Shown: piece by piece, positions 52,634 through 64,000 of the stretch
Position numbering within the stretch: position 1 is the stretch's first letter
Layout of the letters: each line of letters opens with the position of its first letter
Assembly: GCA_040285855.1 (NCBI GenBank)
Contig: JAUFOQ010000013.1
Coordinates: 1,612,001 to 1,676,000, forward strand
Length of the DNA: 64,000 bases
Direction of reading: 5' to 3'
Source: Eukaryota sp. GEM-RC1
Lineage: Eukaryota
Program-made: the position numbers and the translations under genes
The notes under the pieces: model-generated
What the model was told of the DNA's origin: nothing
Databases searched by the model: none
Seen by the model: the letters and a program-made list of their open reading frames with translations, nothing else

Positions 52634-53169
52634 ATTTTATATGTTAGTATGTAAATTACCAGTATTCATTTATTTTATAATGATCCGCTTTGATTGTTAC
52701 ACTAATTGACGCCGAGTAGTGTTCCAAATCTACTAGTATTTAATGTTTCCACGTGCGTGCACTACTTGCACCTGACCATGTGGATTTATTGAAGCATTTG
52801 GTTACTGACTTCAAGAAAGTTTACGTGTGACTTCACCGTCATTTAGCTGATAGTGATGTATTACATTCAACCACATTCAACACAAACAGAGTGATGTGAC
52901 AACTACTTATTTAGATCTAGATGTCAGCTATTTAGTGGTTAAGTTTCTGTTTTGTTTTATGGCAATTACCCTAAAGTGATGTAGTTGGATTGTACCTAAT
53001 TGAGTGAAACATATTTCTATGATATTAGGTATTGATCATTTCTTTATACAAGTCTTCTATCTAAAACCGTACAAAATAGATTTACATCTGTTGTTGAACA
53101 ATAATCAGAAATACTACTAAAACTGGGACTGGTGAATTTACTGTACTTGAACGTACAAGTACTTGAGGG

Positions 53170-53999
53170 CATAGTTGCAAAATACACGGACAAAAAATAA
53201 TTCAATGTAGAATACAAAAAATACAGAATACAAAAATACAGAACAGATACAGAATACATACAGAATACTGTATTAATTGTAGTTCTTTCTCTGGTAATAT
53301 AATGTTCATTTGGTCCCCGGAAAGAACTGATGTGGAGTTGTACAGTTATACAATGTGACTTTGGACACTTTTTGTCTCGTACATTAGTTGTCATTCGTCT
53401 ATATACATCGATTGTAGGTAAAAATGTTTATACTCGAAATCATAGTCTCCAAAGACTACACATACATCTTCAAAACAGGATCAATCTGAGTGTCGTGCAG
53501 CTCGTCTCATCAGGGATTTAAATCTTCATCACTGACTGACAGTAATGAAACTAGATTGCACAACTTCACATGGTTTGGTACTTTTCGATTCTTTGGAATG
53601 AACGTTATTAAGCGTTTCTAAATTTTTGTTAATTGACTTTGATCGGTGTTTCACTTTTTAGTGATCTAGCATACGCCGTTGACGTACTGTACTGGAACGA
53701 TTCGAAAATTCAGCAGACAATTGTAATAGTATTTCTGCAAGTTGTTAAAATAATACATGTCCCAATTGTATCAAACAATAGTACAATTGATCAGAAAGAT
53801 CCGCTGTCGAGTGTTGCTCTCATTGACTTCAGTCATTTTCATCAATTAAAGGGATTTTCGGGCTGATAAATAAATACAAAAAATACAAAAACAAATACAC
53901 TTTTCCAAAAAAAAAATACAATACATAATACAGAAAAAATACAGAATACAAACAAATACAGAATACAAAAAATACTGTATTTTGTCTTTTGCAACTATG
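53170..53999. mobile_element. Non-autonomous hAT element (830 bp)
   Basis: TIR CATAGTTGCAAAA(T/G)ACA. TSD CTTGAGGG at 53162-53169 and 54000-54007. AATACA subterminal arrays at both ends. Confidence 0.9.
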
Positions 54000-54063
54000 C
54001 TTGAGGGTATGTGGTATTTAATCAACAAGATATTTTACTCTGAACTAATCTTGCCATATTTCC

Positions 54064-55581
54064 ATGCCTCTATGCGCTCACGGACATCTTGCTTGTGATC
54101 AATGTGCATCTTCATTACAAAACTGTCATGGCTTTACAAAATCTTCCCTCAAAAGACTTCCAAATCTTCACCCCGTTGATCATTTGCACGCAATTTACGA
54201 TGCAGGTCTCTGTCATCAACTCAACTCAGATCTTTGTTTAGCCAATCCTCTGGATTCTGTAGAAGCTGAAGCTGGCAGAGTTTTGTATTTTCAACAGTCC
54301 TTGTTGATGTTAGTCAAACTTCACTTGTTAAACCGTCTCTGTAACTCTTCTCTTGAACTGGATGATCTTGAACCTAGTTTACATGTCCTTAGGTTGAGTC
54401 ATATGATAAAAGCAATACCCACATTCTTTAAGAAAGTTGGCTATGTAAGCTACCGTTTCTTTGAATCTTCTTCTCTAGCAGTAACAGTTTTGATTCAAAC
54501 ACATACGTTTCCTGTGGTTCTTGACGATCTTCTTCAACTTTATTCAGTTGCTTCATTATTTGGAGCAGATGTGCGATCTGTTTTCTTTCACGTTTTTGAT
54601 GAGTTCAAAGCTGAGGATTTTCTTTGTTATTCTCACATAATTTCTGGATTGGAATTGAAATTAAAGAATTACAATGATTTGGAGTTCCTCAACAAGTCTT
54701 CCTTGTTCTTCCCACGTCTTAAGCAACTTCATGTGCAAGTGGAACCTTCTATTTCTATCACGTCATTGATTGAGAGGTTGAGGGTCAATACTGCTGTGAC
54801 AAGAGTTGTTCTGGCTAAGAATTCCATTGGAGCTGAAGGAGCTAGAGCATTGGCAGATTTGTTAAAAGTTAATACTACAATTACAAGTGTTAATCTTAAT
54901 GACAACTCTATTGGAGATGAAGGTGTTCAAGTCCTTTCAGAGGCGTTAAAAATGAATCATACTTTGATAAGTATTGATCTGGCTGAAAATTTCATTGGAG
55001 CTGAAGGTGCATCAGCATTAGCAGATGCTTTAAAAGTGGCCAGAATTAATCTTTCAAGTGTCAGTCTTAATGACAACTCTATTGGAGATGAAGGTGTTCA
55101 AGTCCTTTCAGAGGCGTTAAAAATTAATCATACTTTGGTAAGTATTGTTCTGTCTGAAAATTTCATTGGAGCTGAAGGTGCATCAGCATTAGCAGATGCT
55201 TTAAAAGTGAATACTACCGTGACCAGCATTAAGCTGTACAATAATTCTATTGGAGACCGTGGCATTATAGCATTATCAGAGGCTTTAAAAGTTAATTCTA
55301 CCATCAAAACTATTGATCTTGAACATAATTCTATCGGAGATAAAGGTGCTACCGCATTGGCTGAAGCATTAAAAGTTAATACTTCACTTACAAGCGTTGA
55401 TCTTGTACAAAATTCTATCGGAGATAAAGGTGCTACCGCATTGGCCGAAGCATTAAAAGTTAATACTACAATTACAAGCGTTGATCTTGAAAATAACTCT
55501 ATTGGAGATGAAGGAGTTTCAGAACTGGCAGGGGCATTAAAAGTCAACAGTAAAGTTGAAATATCACTACCTGTGTTATAA
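54064..55581 (+). CDS. RI-type (NLRC3-like) LRR protein with shared F-box-like N-terminal domain
   Basis: Intact 505-aa ORF. YFQQSLL...VGYVSYRFF domain, then about ten 28-aa LRRs with recent internal duplications (171-nt period from 54895, 84-nt period from ~55327). Confidence 0.88.
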   Translation: MPLCAHGHLACDQCASSLQNCHGFTKSSLKRLPNLHPVDHLHAIYDAGLCHQLNSDLCLANPLDSVEAEAGRVLYFQQSLLMLVKLHLLNRLCNSSLELDDLEPSLHVLRLSHMIKAIPTFFKKVGYVSYRFFESSSLAVTVLIQTHTFPVVLDDLLQLYSVASLFGADVRSVFFHVFDEFKAEDFLCYSHIISGLELKLKNYNDLEFLNKSSLFFPRLKQLHVQVEPSISITSLIERLRVNTAVTRVVLAKNSIGAEGARALADLLKVNTTITSVNLNDNSIGDEGVQVLSEALKMNHTLISIDLAENFIGAEGASALADALKVARINLSSVSLNDNSIGDEGVQVLSEALKINHTLVSIVLSENFIGAEGASALADALKVNTTVTSIKLYNNSIGDRGIIALSEALKVNSTIKTIDLEHNSIGDKGATALAEALKVNTSLTSVDLVQNSIGDKGATALAEALKVNTTITSVDLENNSIGDEGVSELAGALKVNSKVEISLPVL

Positions 55582-56470
55582 TATTTTCTACAACGTCTGC
55601 AACTGGAATACAAGAATTCCACCGTTAGTTTACTTTAAAATATTGGTTAAATTTAAAACACTACAGTTTAAACACTATGTTTTAATGTATCCCAGCAACA
55701 TCATCCACCATTGTCAAATTGCTAGCACATGTAGCTAAATTTTCTTTAAATTGCTTTTTTTCCTTTCAGCATTTTCAAGAGCTCAATAGTTTTCGTCTAC
55801 AATTTTGTTAACAGAAGTTGAGTACAAATAAAAAAAAAGTGTTGTAAGTCTTAAGTAAAAACATCCTCAATGGACAGCACTTTCTCGATCTGAAAAACAT
55901 TATTCACAAACACCGTTCCTTGAATATTCTAAAAAATATTCCTACGATGTTTAACGAAAAGTTGTTATTGTTAATGTGTCCTGTTGGCGTGTCGTATTTG
56001 TAAGAAATTTGAAAAATACCCTGTCAAGACATTGTGATAATGCTTTAAGTAAATATGTATGTGATTATGTGTTTGTCAATAAACTTGGCAAATTTTTTTT
56101 GTAATAACATGTTTTCATGGTTCCAGTGTAATAGTTTTTCCAGGACTACGAGTTCAACACCAGTCAAATGTAATAAAAGCTTATTTAGCTGGATTTGATA
56201 CTACTGTATTTTATTGAAGTACTATTCCCCAATAAGTCATGTGTTTGTAACCAAACAATGAAACTAATTTGTGATGAAAGTATGAAGATAAAGATACAAT
56301 GTATTTCTGCAATGAAGATACATTACTTCCACAGTAACCAGATTGCAATCTTCCGTAATAACCAATTCGTGCACTACAACATCGGTTTAGTTGGTTTTGA
56401 AGCGGGTGTTCTTTTGTTCTCATGTGCTCCGACTAAGTTGGGGGCTACTATCTTGATTAACTACTCTGTA

Positions 56471-56540
56471 CAGTCAGAACCTCTATAATTTCTCACCTTT
56501 GGGACCGAGAAATTATGGAGGGTGAGAAATTATGGAAAAA
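56471..56540. mobile_element. Single end of a probable Tc1/pogo-type element
   Basis: TA|CAGTCAGAACCTCTATAATTTCTC followed by two inverted GAGAAATTAT motifs. No partner end found. Confidence 0.4.
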
Positions 56541-56693
56541 TACGCTTCTACTAGTAGTTGTTGGACGTGTTTTCGATCTTCCATCACAAAGCCTTCCATC
56601 AGTAACTGTGTTTCTTCTTTATCAGCAATAGCTTTTCCTACATGACCAACACACATAGTTTTATACAATAAATCATCTGGATGATGATTTTTC

Positions 56694-57078
56694 GGCTCTT
56701 GAAGTGGCTGAAAAAGGAAAAAATACAAAGTACTGTCACTTAATTAACCAATTGAATGTTGACAGGTACAATTCTTTTGTGTTTCAACCTTTTGCGATGT
56801 CGATATACGGTAATATTGGACCAGCTGCACAAGGATTTTTAACTTCCTTTGGTAAATTGTGTGCTGAGTATGGTAAAGTTTTCAATGAAAATTTTTGGTT
56901 GAGTAGGTTAACGTTTGCGTTGTTTCGTTCAATGCACAGATATTTTAATTCAATTTTAGGTAAGTTGTTCGGTGATGGACAGAAGGATCATAGTTTAGAT
57001 ACTTTAGTTAGTGTCTGTTAGTTATTAACTTCTGCAAATGCATTTATTTCACTGACTGATCATAAACCCCGTTTTTTT
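56694..57078 (+). mobile_element. RLE family A remnant (longest copy)
   Basis: ALEVAEKGKNTKY...FQPFAMSIYGNIGPAA. Ends CATAAACCCCG-T7. Confidence 0.85.
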
Positions 57079-57249
57079 GATAAATAAACGGAATGATTAA
57101 TAGATGTGGCTTGAATCATTCAAGTTTCGACGATTTTTTGTTTTGAAAAAGAGCGTTCTGGTGCTTTGAATGTGACATTCATAATTCGAATTGAAATTTT
57201 GAGTAAATATCAGAACTGAAAATACATTCTGCATCTCAAAATCTACCAA

Positions 57250-57973
57250 ATGTTCCTACCATTCTTTCTTGTAGCTGTTTTTGTCATTGTGGTCTCTTCT
57301 AAGTCCACATGCAGTTTTGAAGTCAATGGTAAGTTTTACGATCTTTCATTGTTAGGCAAGTTTGTCATCTTCCAAGAAATCTTACGCCAGAAACGATCTT
57401 GTCTGGAATAAGCCCTACAGTCATACTCAGTGGTACTTTCGTGTTTGCTCTCCGGTTTTAGAGACCTGTGGATCTCATAATAAAGCTGCTCTTTGTGAAA
57501 AAGATGACAATGGTAATCATCATAGTGGAGGACGTTATAACACTCGTACAGCTTCTTCTCTTCCTGAACAGGATACCGATGGTATATCAATTACTTATAA
57601 GGAGGGTGACATTGGTTGTGGTGGAGTTGCACGTTCTACCACTGTTGCGTGTTTCTGTGATGATTCTACCGAAGGTGTTATCGAAGACATGAATGAGTAT
57701 CCACCTTGTACATACAAAATGACTGTTTACTCTGAGCATTGTTGTGCAACAACAGCAAAGCCCATGTCAGCTTCTTCTCCCATGATCATACCTGTTCTTG
57801 TTATCATTATTATCATTTACTTTGTTGGTGGATTTCTGTACATGTTCTTCGTTAAAAAGCAACTAGGAACAGATGCGGTTCCAAATGTTGAGTTATGGCA
57901 GTTTGTTGGATCTTTAATTTCTAGCTTCTTCTCCACCGTCGCCGCAAAGAACCTTAAGACAATTCAAAAATGA
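57250..57973 (+). CDS. MRH-domain type I membrane protein (M6PR/ATG27-like), one frameshift
   Basis: Signal peptide MFLPFFLVAVFVIVVSS, then FYDLSLL, GISITYKEGD..CGGVARST.V..FCD, PPCTYKM...HCC, a TM ending YFVGGFLY, and GTDAVPNVELW. Confidence 0.82.
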
Positions 57974-58483
57974 ATGTTTTTAATGTTGGTTTTAGGACAT
58001 CATTGGGATGTCAGAACTTAATCCCACAGCATGGAAATGGACTGTTTGTTCTGGTTTTTGATTATTGGTTGGTCGTTGAAAGTTGAAGAATTTATCAGTG
58101 CTTCACGAACTAGTAATGTACTTTGTCTAGAACTTTAGTACAAATACTTTAGTATGTACAACAATTGTTTAATCAACAATTGATTGTTTACACTTTCAAT
58201 TACACCATTGATCACTATTGAAATATTTAACTTTGATTCTGATTCAAACACCAACTCTCAGTAGTGGACGCCAAAATAAACCCTAGTAACTTTTTATTGA
58301 GACGGATAGAGAACATATCCGAACCAATCAACAAAAGTTTGTGGGAAACTCGCACTTTTTAAAATTCATAGCAAATACATTGTTTGAACAATTGTCCAAC
58401 AGAAGAAATCAACTATTTTGGTGTGCGTCTCTGGTAAATCAAACTAATATGATACTGTTCATTTATGATCTATACGTTAAGAA

Positions 58484-59538
58484 CATAGTTGTGGATACCT
58501 ATATTACAATGAAAAGAATACCTAATACCTACCAAAATACCAAAATACCGAATACCTCAGCCTGATACCTGAATACCTAGAAAGATGATTGGACAAATTA
58601 TCGAAGCTAATTTATATAACCTGTTGTACAAACATATAACTCAACAATATACAGTGCTACAAACTATGTTTCTCGTCACTTCGTCTTGGTTTTCTTCCAC
58701 TTTGGCATAGTCCATCCCTATGGTACGTGATGTCCACAAGTTCTTTCTTGATAACCTTGGCCGTGACAAGCTTCCACGATGAGTTCTTAGAAGTGTGCCC
58801 AATGGTGGCAAAGGAAGTGTCCTTTTTGGGAAGAGATGATTCAAAGAGAAGGTTGGCAACAATTCATCAGACAGTTTTAATTTGGTGTTGACTTAGAACA
58901 CGTACAATGTACTAGTATCCATTTGTTCAAAAATAGAAAACTTGATCAGTCCAAATGAATGTACAATGTACATGTACTAAACAAAATTAACACTACATGT
59001 ATTTATATGTTGCATTAGAAGGGAAAAAAAGGGATTTATGTGTGGAGAAAAACACGTAATAAGAAAACAACAAATAGATAAACACTAATAAAACAAATAA
59101 TGAAACGAACTACCTAATTTAGAACAGTATTTGCCTCCAAACAACTTGGAAAAAATAGAATCAACATATCTATACATAGACCCAATAATCGAAAAAACAA
59201 ATTTACTCTTCCAGTACGATCTGTTAAAGTTCTTGCCAAATTCTGAACACAAATTTTCAAATAAATTCAAAAACTCCTTGGTAGAAGAACCGAAATTTCC
59301 GTACATTGAAACTGCAAAAGGCTGAAAGACGATATTATTGTGTCTTCGTGAATTCAATGCAGCAACTTGATGTCCGAAGTTTGACACTTTGGCGTTCTCA
59401 GCGTCTTTCAGCAGATCAGTTGAAGTATTCAAGATGTATTAGAAGGTTACTTTTGGTAGTGATAGGTATCTCCAATATGAGACATGAAAATACCTAATAC
59501 CTACCGAAAAACCTCGAATATAGGTATCCACAACTATG
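58484..59538. mobile_element. Non-autonomous hAT element containing an RLE remnant
   Basis: 22-bp TIR CATAGTTGTGGATACCTATATT. TSD GTTAAGAA/GTTTAGAA (7/8). ATACC subterminal repeats. Confidence 0.85.
59024..59450 (-). mobile_element. RLE family B remnant
   Basis: LLKDAENAKVSNF...FQPFAVSMYGNFG...YWKSKFVF. Ends CATAAATCCC-T7. Confidence 0.8.
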
Positions 59539-59863
59539 GTTTAGAAGGACAACATCGACTAAATATATTATGATTGTCAATTATAAGCTATAGTAACAGG
59601 AAGAATGAGGATACTGATCAATTCATTTTAAGAGTTTGACGAAACCTCGTCACCAGAAGAACAAAATTCAGATCATGCTGTCTCTTTGGATTGCAACATG
59701 AATAATGAAGAAGAATTGATATCTCTTTAATAACTCTGGCTAGAGATGGGTTTCATTAAACCCATTAGGAACATACCAGGGTACACTTCATAATTGGAAT
59801 GGGAAATAAAAGGCGTTTTGTTGTTCAGAAACTTTATTTCAATTGAATGTACATCCAACATCA

Positions 59864-62800
59864 ATGCCATCTCTTCTGCTAAGAATGCTTCCAAACTTCA
59901 TGAAACGGTCACGTCCACGTCCTCAAACAGAAGAGAACTCTCATGTCTCAGCTCCTGAACCTCCGCCCCTTCCTCCTCCACCCATTCCTCCTCCATCAGT
60001 TCCCAATGATAGAGATGACTTCCACATTAAGGAAGATTCTGATACCGACAGCTTATATGATTCTGATTGTTCCTCTCCAGCTACTATGATTCAAAATCCC
60101 CTGTTACTCCGTTCAAAGATTCTTCTCAAAACCGTTACTGCTCCTGGTGACGTCATCACTACTCCAACCAATCCTGATACAAAGTCGTCCTCCAACACTA
60201 CTGTGAAGGATGAAGACGAAGCGGGAGATCCTCCAAAACACCATGAAATTGATTATGAAAGGGGTGAAGACACTAACGAAGGTGTTTTCATTGTTGAATC
60301 AGATGTGGAAATTCCTTCAATAAAAGATGAAAACGATTGCGACCAAGAAGTTGATGATGACGAGTCTGATTTGATTGATGAAGCAGATGTGGAAATTCCT
60401 TCAATAAAAGATGAAAACGATTGCGACCAAGAAGTTGATGATGACGAGTCTGATTTGATTGATGAAGCAGATGTGGAAATTCCTCCAATAAAAGATGAAA
60501 ACGATTGCGACCAAGAAGTTGATGATGACGAGTCTGATTTGATTGCTAACGACACAGATGACGTCATCTCCCATGAAGGTGATCCTTTTCAATACATTGG
60601 TCACGAACCTGGTCTTTTCATTTTCAGAATCTCTAAATCCCTTAATCCTGAACAATTAAACCCATCTTGTTTCTGTTCCGGAGCTTACATTACTCCAACT
60701 TTCTACGATGGTAATGCCTACATTGTTATCAAGTCTTCTGGTACTCTAGAAACCTCCATTGTTCACTCAATTCATTTCTGGATTGGTAAGAAAGCAGGTC
60801 CTTACCTTTCTGGGACAGCTGCAAGGTTTTCCCTTTCTCTCACCGGTTCTCTTCATTTAGATCACCCCGCTGTTAGAGAAGAACAAGGAGATGAGGGGGC
60901 TCTGTTTTTGAGCTATTTCGATGAGTTTAATGTAAGGTCTGGAGGTGTTGGAGGAAAGGAAAGAGAAGATGGGAAAGGGAAAGTGTTGAAAGTTCCATCT
61001 TTATTTGTAATTTTTGAAAGTGATGGCATTATTTGTAATTCACCTCTTTTCATTGTACAATGGACTTTGTGTTTGAACATGGAAAAGATAAAGTTTTTGT
61101 ACTCGGGACTCCTGATCACGTCATCAATGTGATTGGTGATGTGGCTTCTCCATCAGTCAAGGCACGTGGTCTTTACCTTTCTAAGTTCTTGGAAGGTGAT
61201 TATTCTGGTCGTAGTAAAAAGAGATCATTATACCTATCTGAACTACGTGCTGGTTTTGACCCTTTAGTTTCTGTTTTTTCGTCAAATTTAAATTTTATTG
61301 AAAATTTCGAATTCGACTTTTCACCATCTGAAAGTTCCCTCTTCTGCCTCCACTACTTGAGCGAACCCCACACTATTCTGTACAATGCTGACGGTGCACT
61401 CAACGAAGAGGTAGACCTGGACGAAGAAGTAGAACAAGAAGCTCTACAATATTCGGATCTTGGTTCTGCGTGTCATTTTGAAAAGATTTCTCTTTGTTCT
61501 AGTGGTTGTTATTTGATTGATGCTGGCGATTGGTACTTTTGCTGGTTTGGGAAAGAAGCGGATGAGTTTCTGAAAAATTCATTAAGGACCGTGGCTAAGG
61601 AATTAGCCAAAAATGTGGAGAATTTTCAAATATTCTATGCTTCTGAGGGTACTGAGCCGTGTTTTTTCAAGTGTTTTTTCAGGAATTGGATGAGTCCTTC
61701 TGAGGTAAGAACCATTGACTTTGAAGAAGAATCTGAAGTTGACGAAGACGCTATTGAAGAAGCAGAGAAAGATGAAGCTGAAAAACGTGCTCAACTTAAA
61801 ACTGACCTTCATCAACAATTTTTAAATCCTGATGATCAAAATTTCAAGTCTTTCGATGTTGAATCGGGAAAACTTGAAATATATGACTTATGCGACACAA
61901 AAATCACCTCACTGGACACTGAAATATTCAATATCTTCTATGAATTTCACAGCTACGTCATTGTTTTCACGGAATTAATTGAACATGTAAATTCTAGTCC
62001 TCAATTAAATTTCCATATCTTCTTTTGGCGTGGAGCGCTCTCTCCACCTATACATGCGATCCAATTCCAATTAGTACTAGTTCCACTGTTAAAGGAACAA
62101 ATCTTCAATGCGGGAGGTGGTAATCGACCTAATGTTGTTACAATTAATCAAGGTGAGGAAACGCCACTCTTTCTTAGTCTTTTTAATGGATTTTTTGTTG
62201 TGAAGAAACGTGTGTCTGAGGAAACTTGCCTGTTTCAGTTACAATCGAATCCTGTGGTGACGTTGGCTTGCCAAGTTGATCCACGGCCCTTGTCATCAAA
62301 CAATTGTTGGTTGTTGTATACTAAAGAAAACAGTTACCTATGGTTGGGCAGTGATTGCGGTTCTGATTACAAGGAAAGTTGTCGAACTTTGATTGATGAG
62401 TTCTTTGATATTGGCGTTTTGATTGAAACTCAACGAGGTAGAGAGCCGTCGAAATTCCATGAATATTTTAAATCTTTGAGTGATACTGAAGTGAGCTATA
62501 TTGAACGAACACAATTGCCGAAACTCTTTTCTTTACAGTATAATTCAGAATTCCATCCAAAGTTGGTACTTGAGGTCATTCTTTCCAAATCTGTTCTTGA
62601 TTGTAGGAAAGTTGCTGCACTTGATTGTGGTAATGAGCTCTTTTTATGGATTGGTAAATACTCTGACAAGTATCTGGTTGATCTAGCACGAAGTTTTTTA
62701 AATCTTTCGATAGTGTTGTCGGATCGAGACGAATCTTGTGAATTTATTGAAGTTGATCAAGATTCAGAACCTGATAATTTTAAATATGAATTTTTGGCTT

Positions 62801-63147
62801 GGCATAATGAACATCGGTATTATCAAAATTTCAAATTTGATGATCCGTATCTGGAAAAATCTCAAATCATTAAAACTACAGAATTTCAGAATCAACGACT
62901 GGCATTTGAAGAAATGGATCGCCAACGACGTCATAGAGCTTTATTATTTCACTTATTATTGAAATTTAGTTTTGAAAAGAATTATGCTTTTAATGTATTG
63001 GCTAAGTTTGCGAAGTTCATCAAGCTACAAGGGTCCTGCGAAAAATTTTCAGGGTGTTTATGTTCCTATGCGTGTATTTATAACAATTTAAAATCTAAGA
63101 AAAGTATTAAATTTGATGTTAGTCAAATTTTAGCCGCTGTTGAATAA
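59864..63147 (+). CDS. Villin/gelsolin/flightless-like actin-binding protein with Pro-rich and acidic N-terminus (frameshifted)
   Basis: Gelsolin motifs FYDGNAYIV, IHFWIGK, REEQGDE..LFLSYF, EGTEPCFFK..F.NW, QGEETPLFLSLF and ELFLWIGK. Confidence 0.85.
60300..60546 (+). repeat. Coding tandem repeat, 84 bp x ~3 (DVEIPSIKDENDCDQEVDDDESDLIDEA)
   Basis: Units start at 60302, 60386 and 60470 and are almost identical. Confidence 0.95.
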
Positions 63148-63329
63148 ACTTTATAGCTGACGATTAGAAACTTATTGATATCACAGTCTAAGTGCTAGCG
63201 AAATTCAAGTTTTGCAACAATAGATTAATGCATATTAATTTAGAAAATGTAAGAAGTTAAATACAAATTTTCCACATCAATACCAGAACTGTCTGTGTAC
63301 AACTTGGAATAAATCGAATTTAAATACTT

Positions 63330-63447
63330 AGGGATGCTTCTTTACAGCACAAACACAGTTCGATCAATCTATACGGATCCATTAAACAATCTGAAACGAG
63401 TAATCTGAACAATTTTGAATCTGCTGGACCAATATTACCAAAAGTTT
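63330..63447 (-). mobile_element. Degenerate RLE remnant
   Basis: Minus strand reads TFGNIGPADSKLF...DRTVFVL, matching the shared motif. Confidence 0.5.
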
Positions 63448-63498
63448 CCCGAAATAATGTTTATTCGATCAACTAACACTTAGGTATGAACTACACTT

Positions 63499-63620
63499 CA
63501 GGAAACATTTAGTCTCACTGAGACTAATTCTGTACTCAAGATTTTAGTTAGTCATCCCAAAATTAGTCTCACCAAATCTCAGTGAGACTAATTTTGTACT
63601 GAGACTAATTCTGTACTGAC
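63499..63620. repeat. GAGACTAATT(C/T)TGTACT x3 with inverted TAGTCTCA copies; probable DNA-transposon end
   Basis: Direct and inverted motif cluster with the same layout as the hAT subterminal arrays elsewhere in the window. The partner end may lie beyond the window. Confidence 0.5.
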
Positions 63621-64000
63621 ATTGATTTTGCACAATTATTGAAGTGTTAAAACCGACTTCACTACTCACATTTGCTCACAAACACACAAATGATCGTCAT
63701 CATCTAGGCTCCAATCAATTAGTCACCCTCAACTTATGGTAGCACGCTTTTTTCTTGATGAACAATAGATTGAACATGGATTGGAACTCGTTAAAAAGAC
63801 TTTCGAATTGTGTCGGAAGTCAATGATACTGAAAACGTGTATTCCAGATCACAAAACAGAATAATATGAGATCTGGATTCTATTGTATACAATTTAAACG
63901 GACAGAGGTAATTCAGTCCAGCTGTTTGATGTTATTATTATATGTCTATGAACTGTAAAGAACAGTTTAATTCAAAAAAAAGTTGTTGTATTGAAAATTG

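Noticed and set aside
55128..55622. Long antisense ORFs over the LRR, RCC1 and villin genes (also 26034-26393, 60253-60567)
   Set aside because: Shadow frames of repetitive coding sequence.
60300..60546. Regular repeats as a CRISPR array
   Set aside because: No unique spacers; it is an in-frame coding tandem repeat. The arrays at 26.8, 53.2 and 63.5 kb are transposon subterminal motifs.
1..63147. Pervasive frameshifts read as programmed frameshifting, RNA editing or mass pseudogenisation
   Set aside because: The junctions I checked are mostly one missing base in A, T or G runs with no shared slippery motif, and paralogues break at different places. Long-read consensus error is the simplest explanation; short-read polishing would settle it.

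Overview
AT-rich, gene-dense, intron-poor eukaryotic DNA, most likely from a protist; the taxon cannot be fixed from this window. Most genes are split across several ORFs by apparent single-base indels, usually in homopolymers, as expected from an unpolished long-read assembly, so I rejoined them by hand. Genes: two inverted, mosaic TmcB-like membrane paralogues; a SPRY-like protein; a decayed multi-ubiquitin-like gene; a HEAT (CAP-G-like) gene and its partial duplicate; a secreted GH15 hydrolase; an XLF-like protein; a DUF1015 protein; four LRR proteins sharing an F-box-like N-terminal domain; a CH-like/coiled-coil protein; an MRH (M6PR/ATG27-like) protein; and a villin/gelsolin-like protein. 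The most striking gene is a rejoined ~2150-aa protein (9671-16122, minus): signal peptide, two beta-helix/RCC1 modules, two acidic LKGG di-glycine linkers, an MLKL-like four-helix bundle and a kinase. Intergenic DNA is full of mobile elements: seven non-autonomous hAT-type elements with different TIRs and 8-bp TSDs (some nested), about 13 5'-truncated remnants of RLE (CRE-like) non-LTR retrotransposons (two families end in CATAAA-pyrimidine-T7 rather than poly(A)), and two tiny TG...CA insertions with 4-bp TSDs, one a perfect 42-bp palindrome. No tRNA, rRNA or CRISPR array was recognised.
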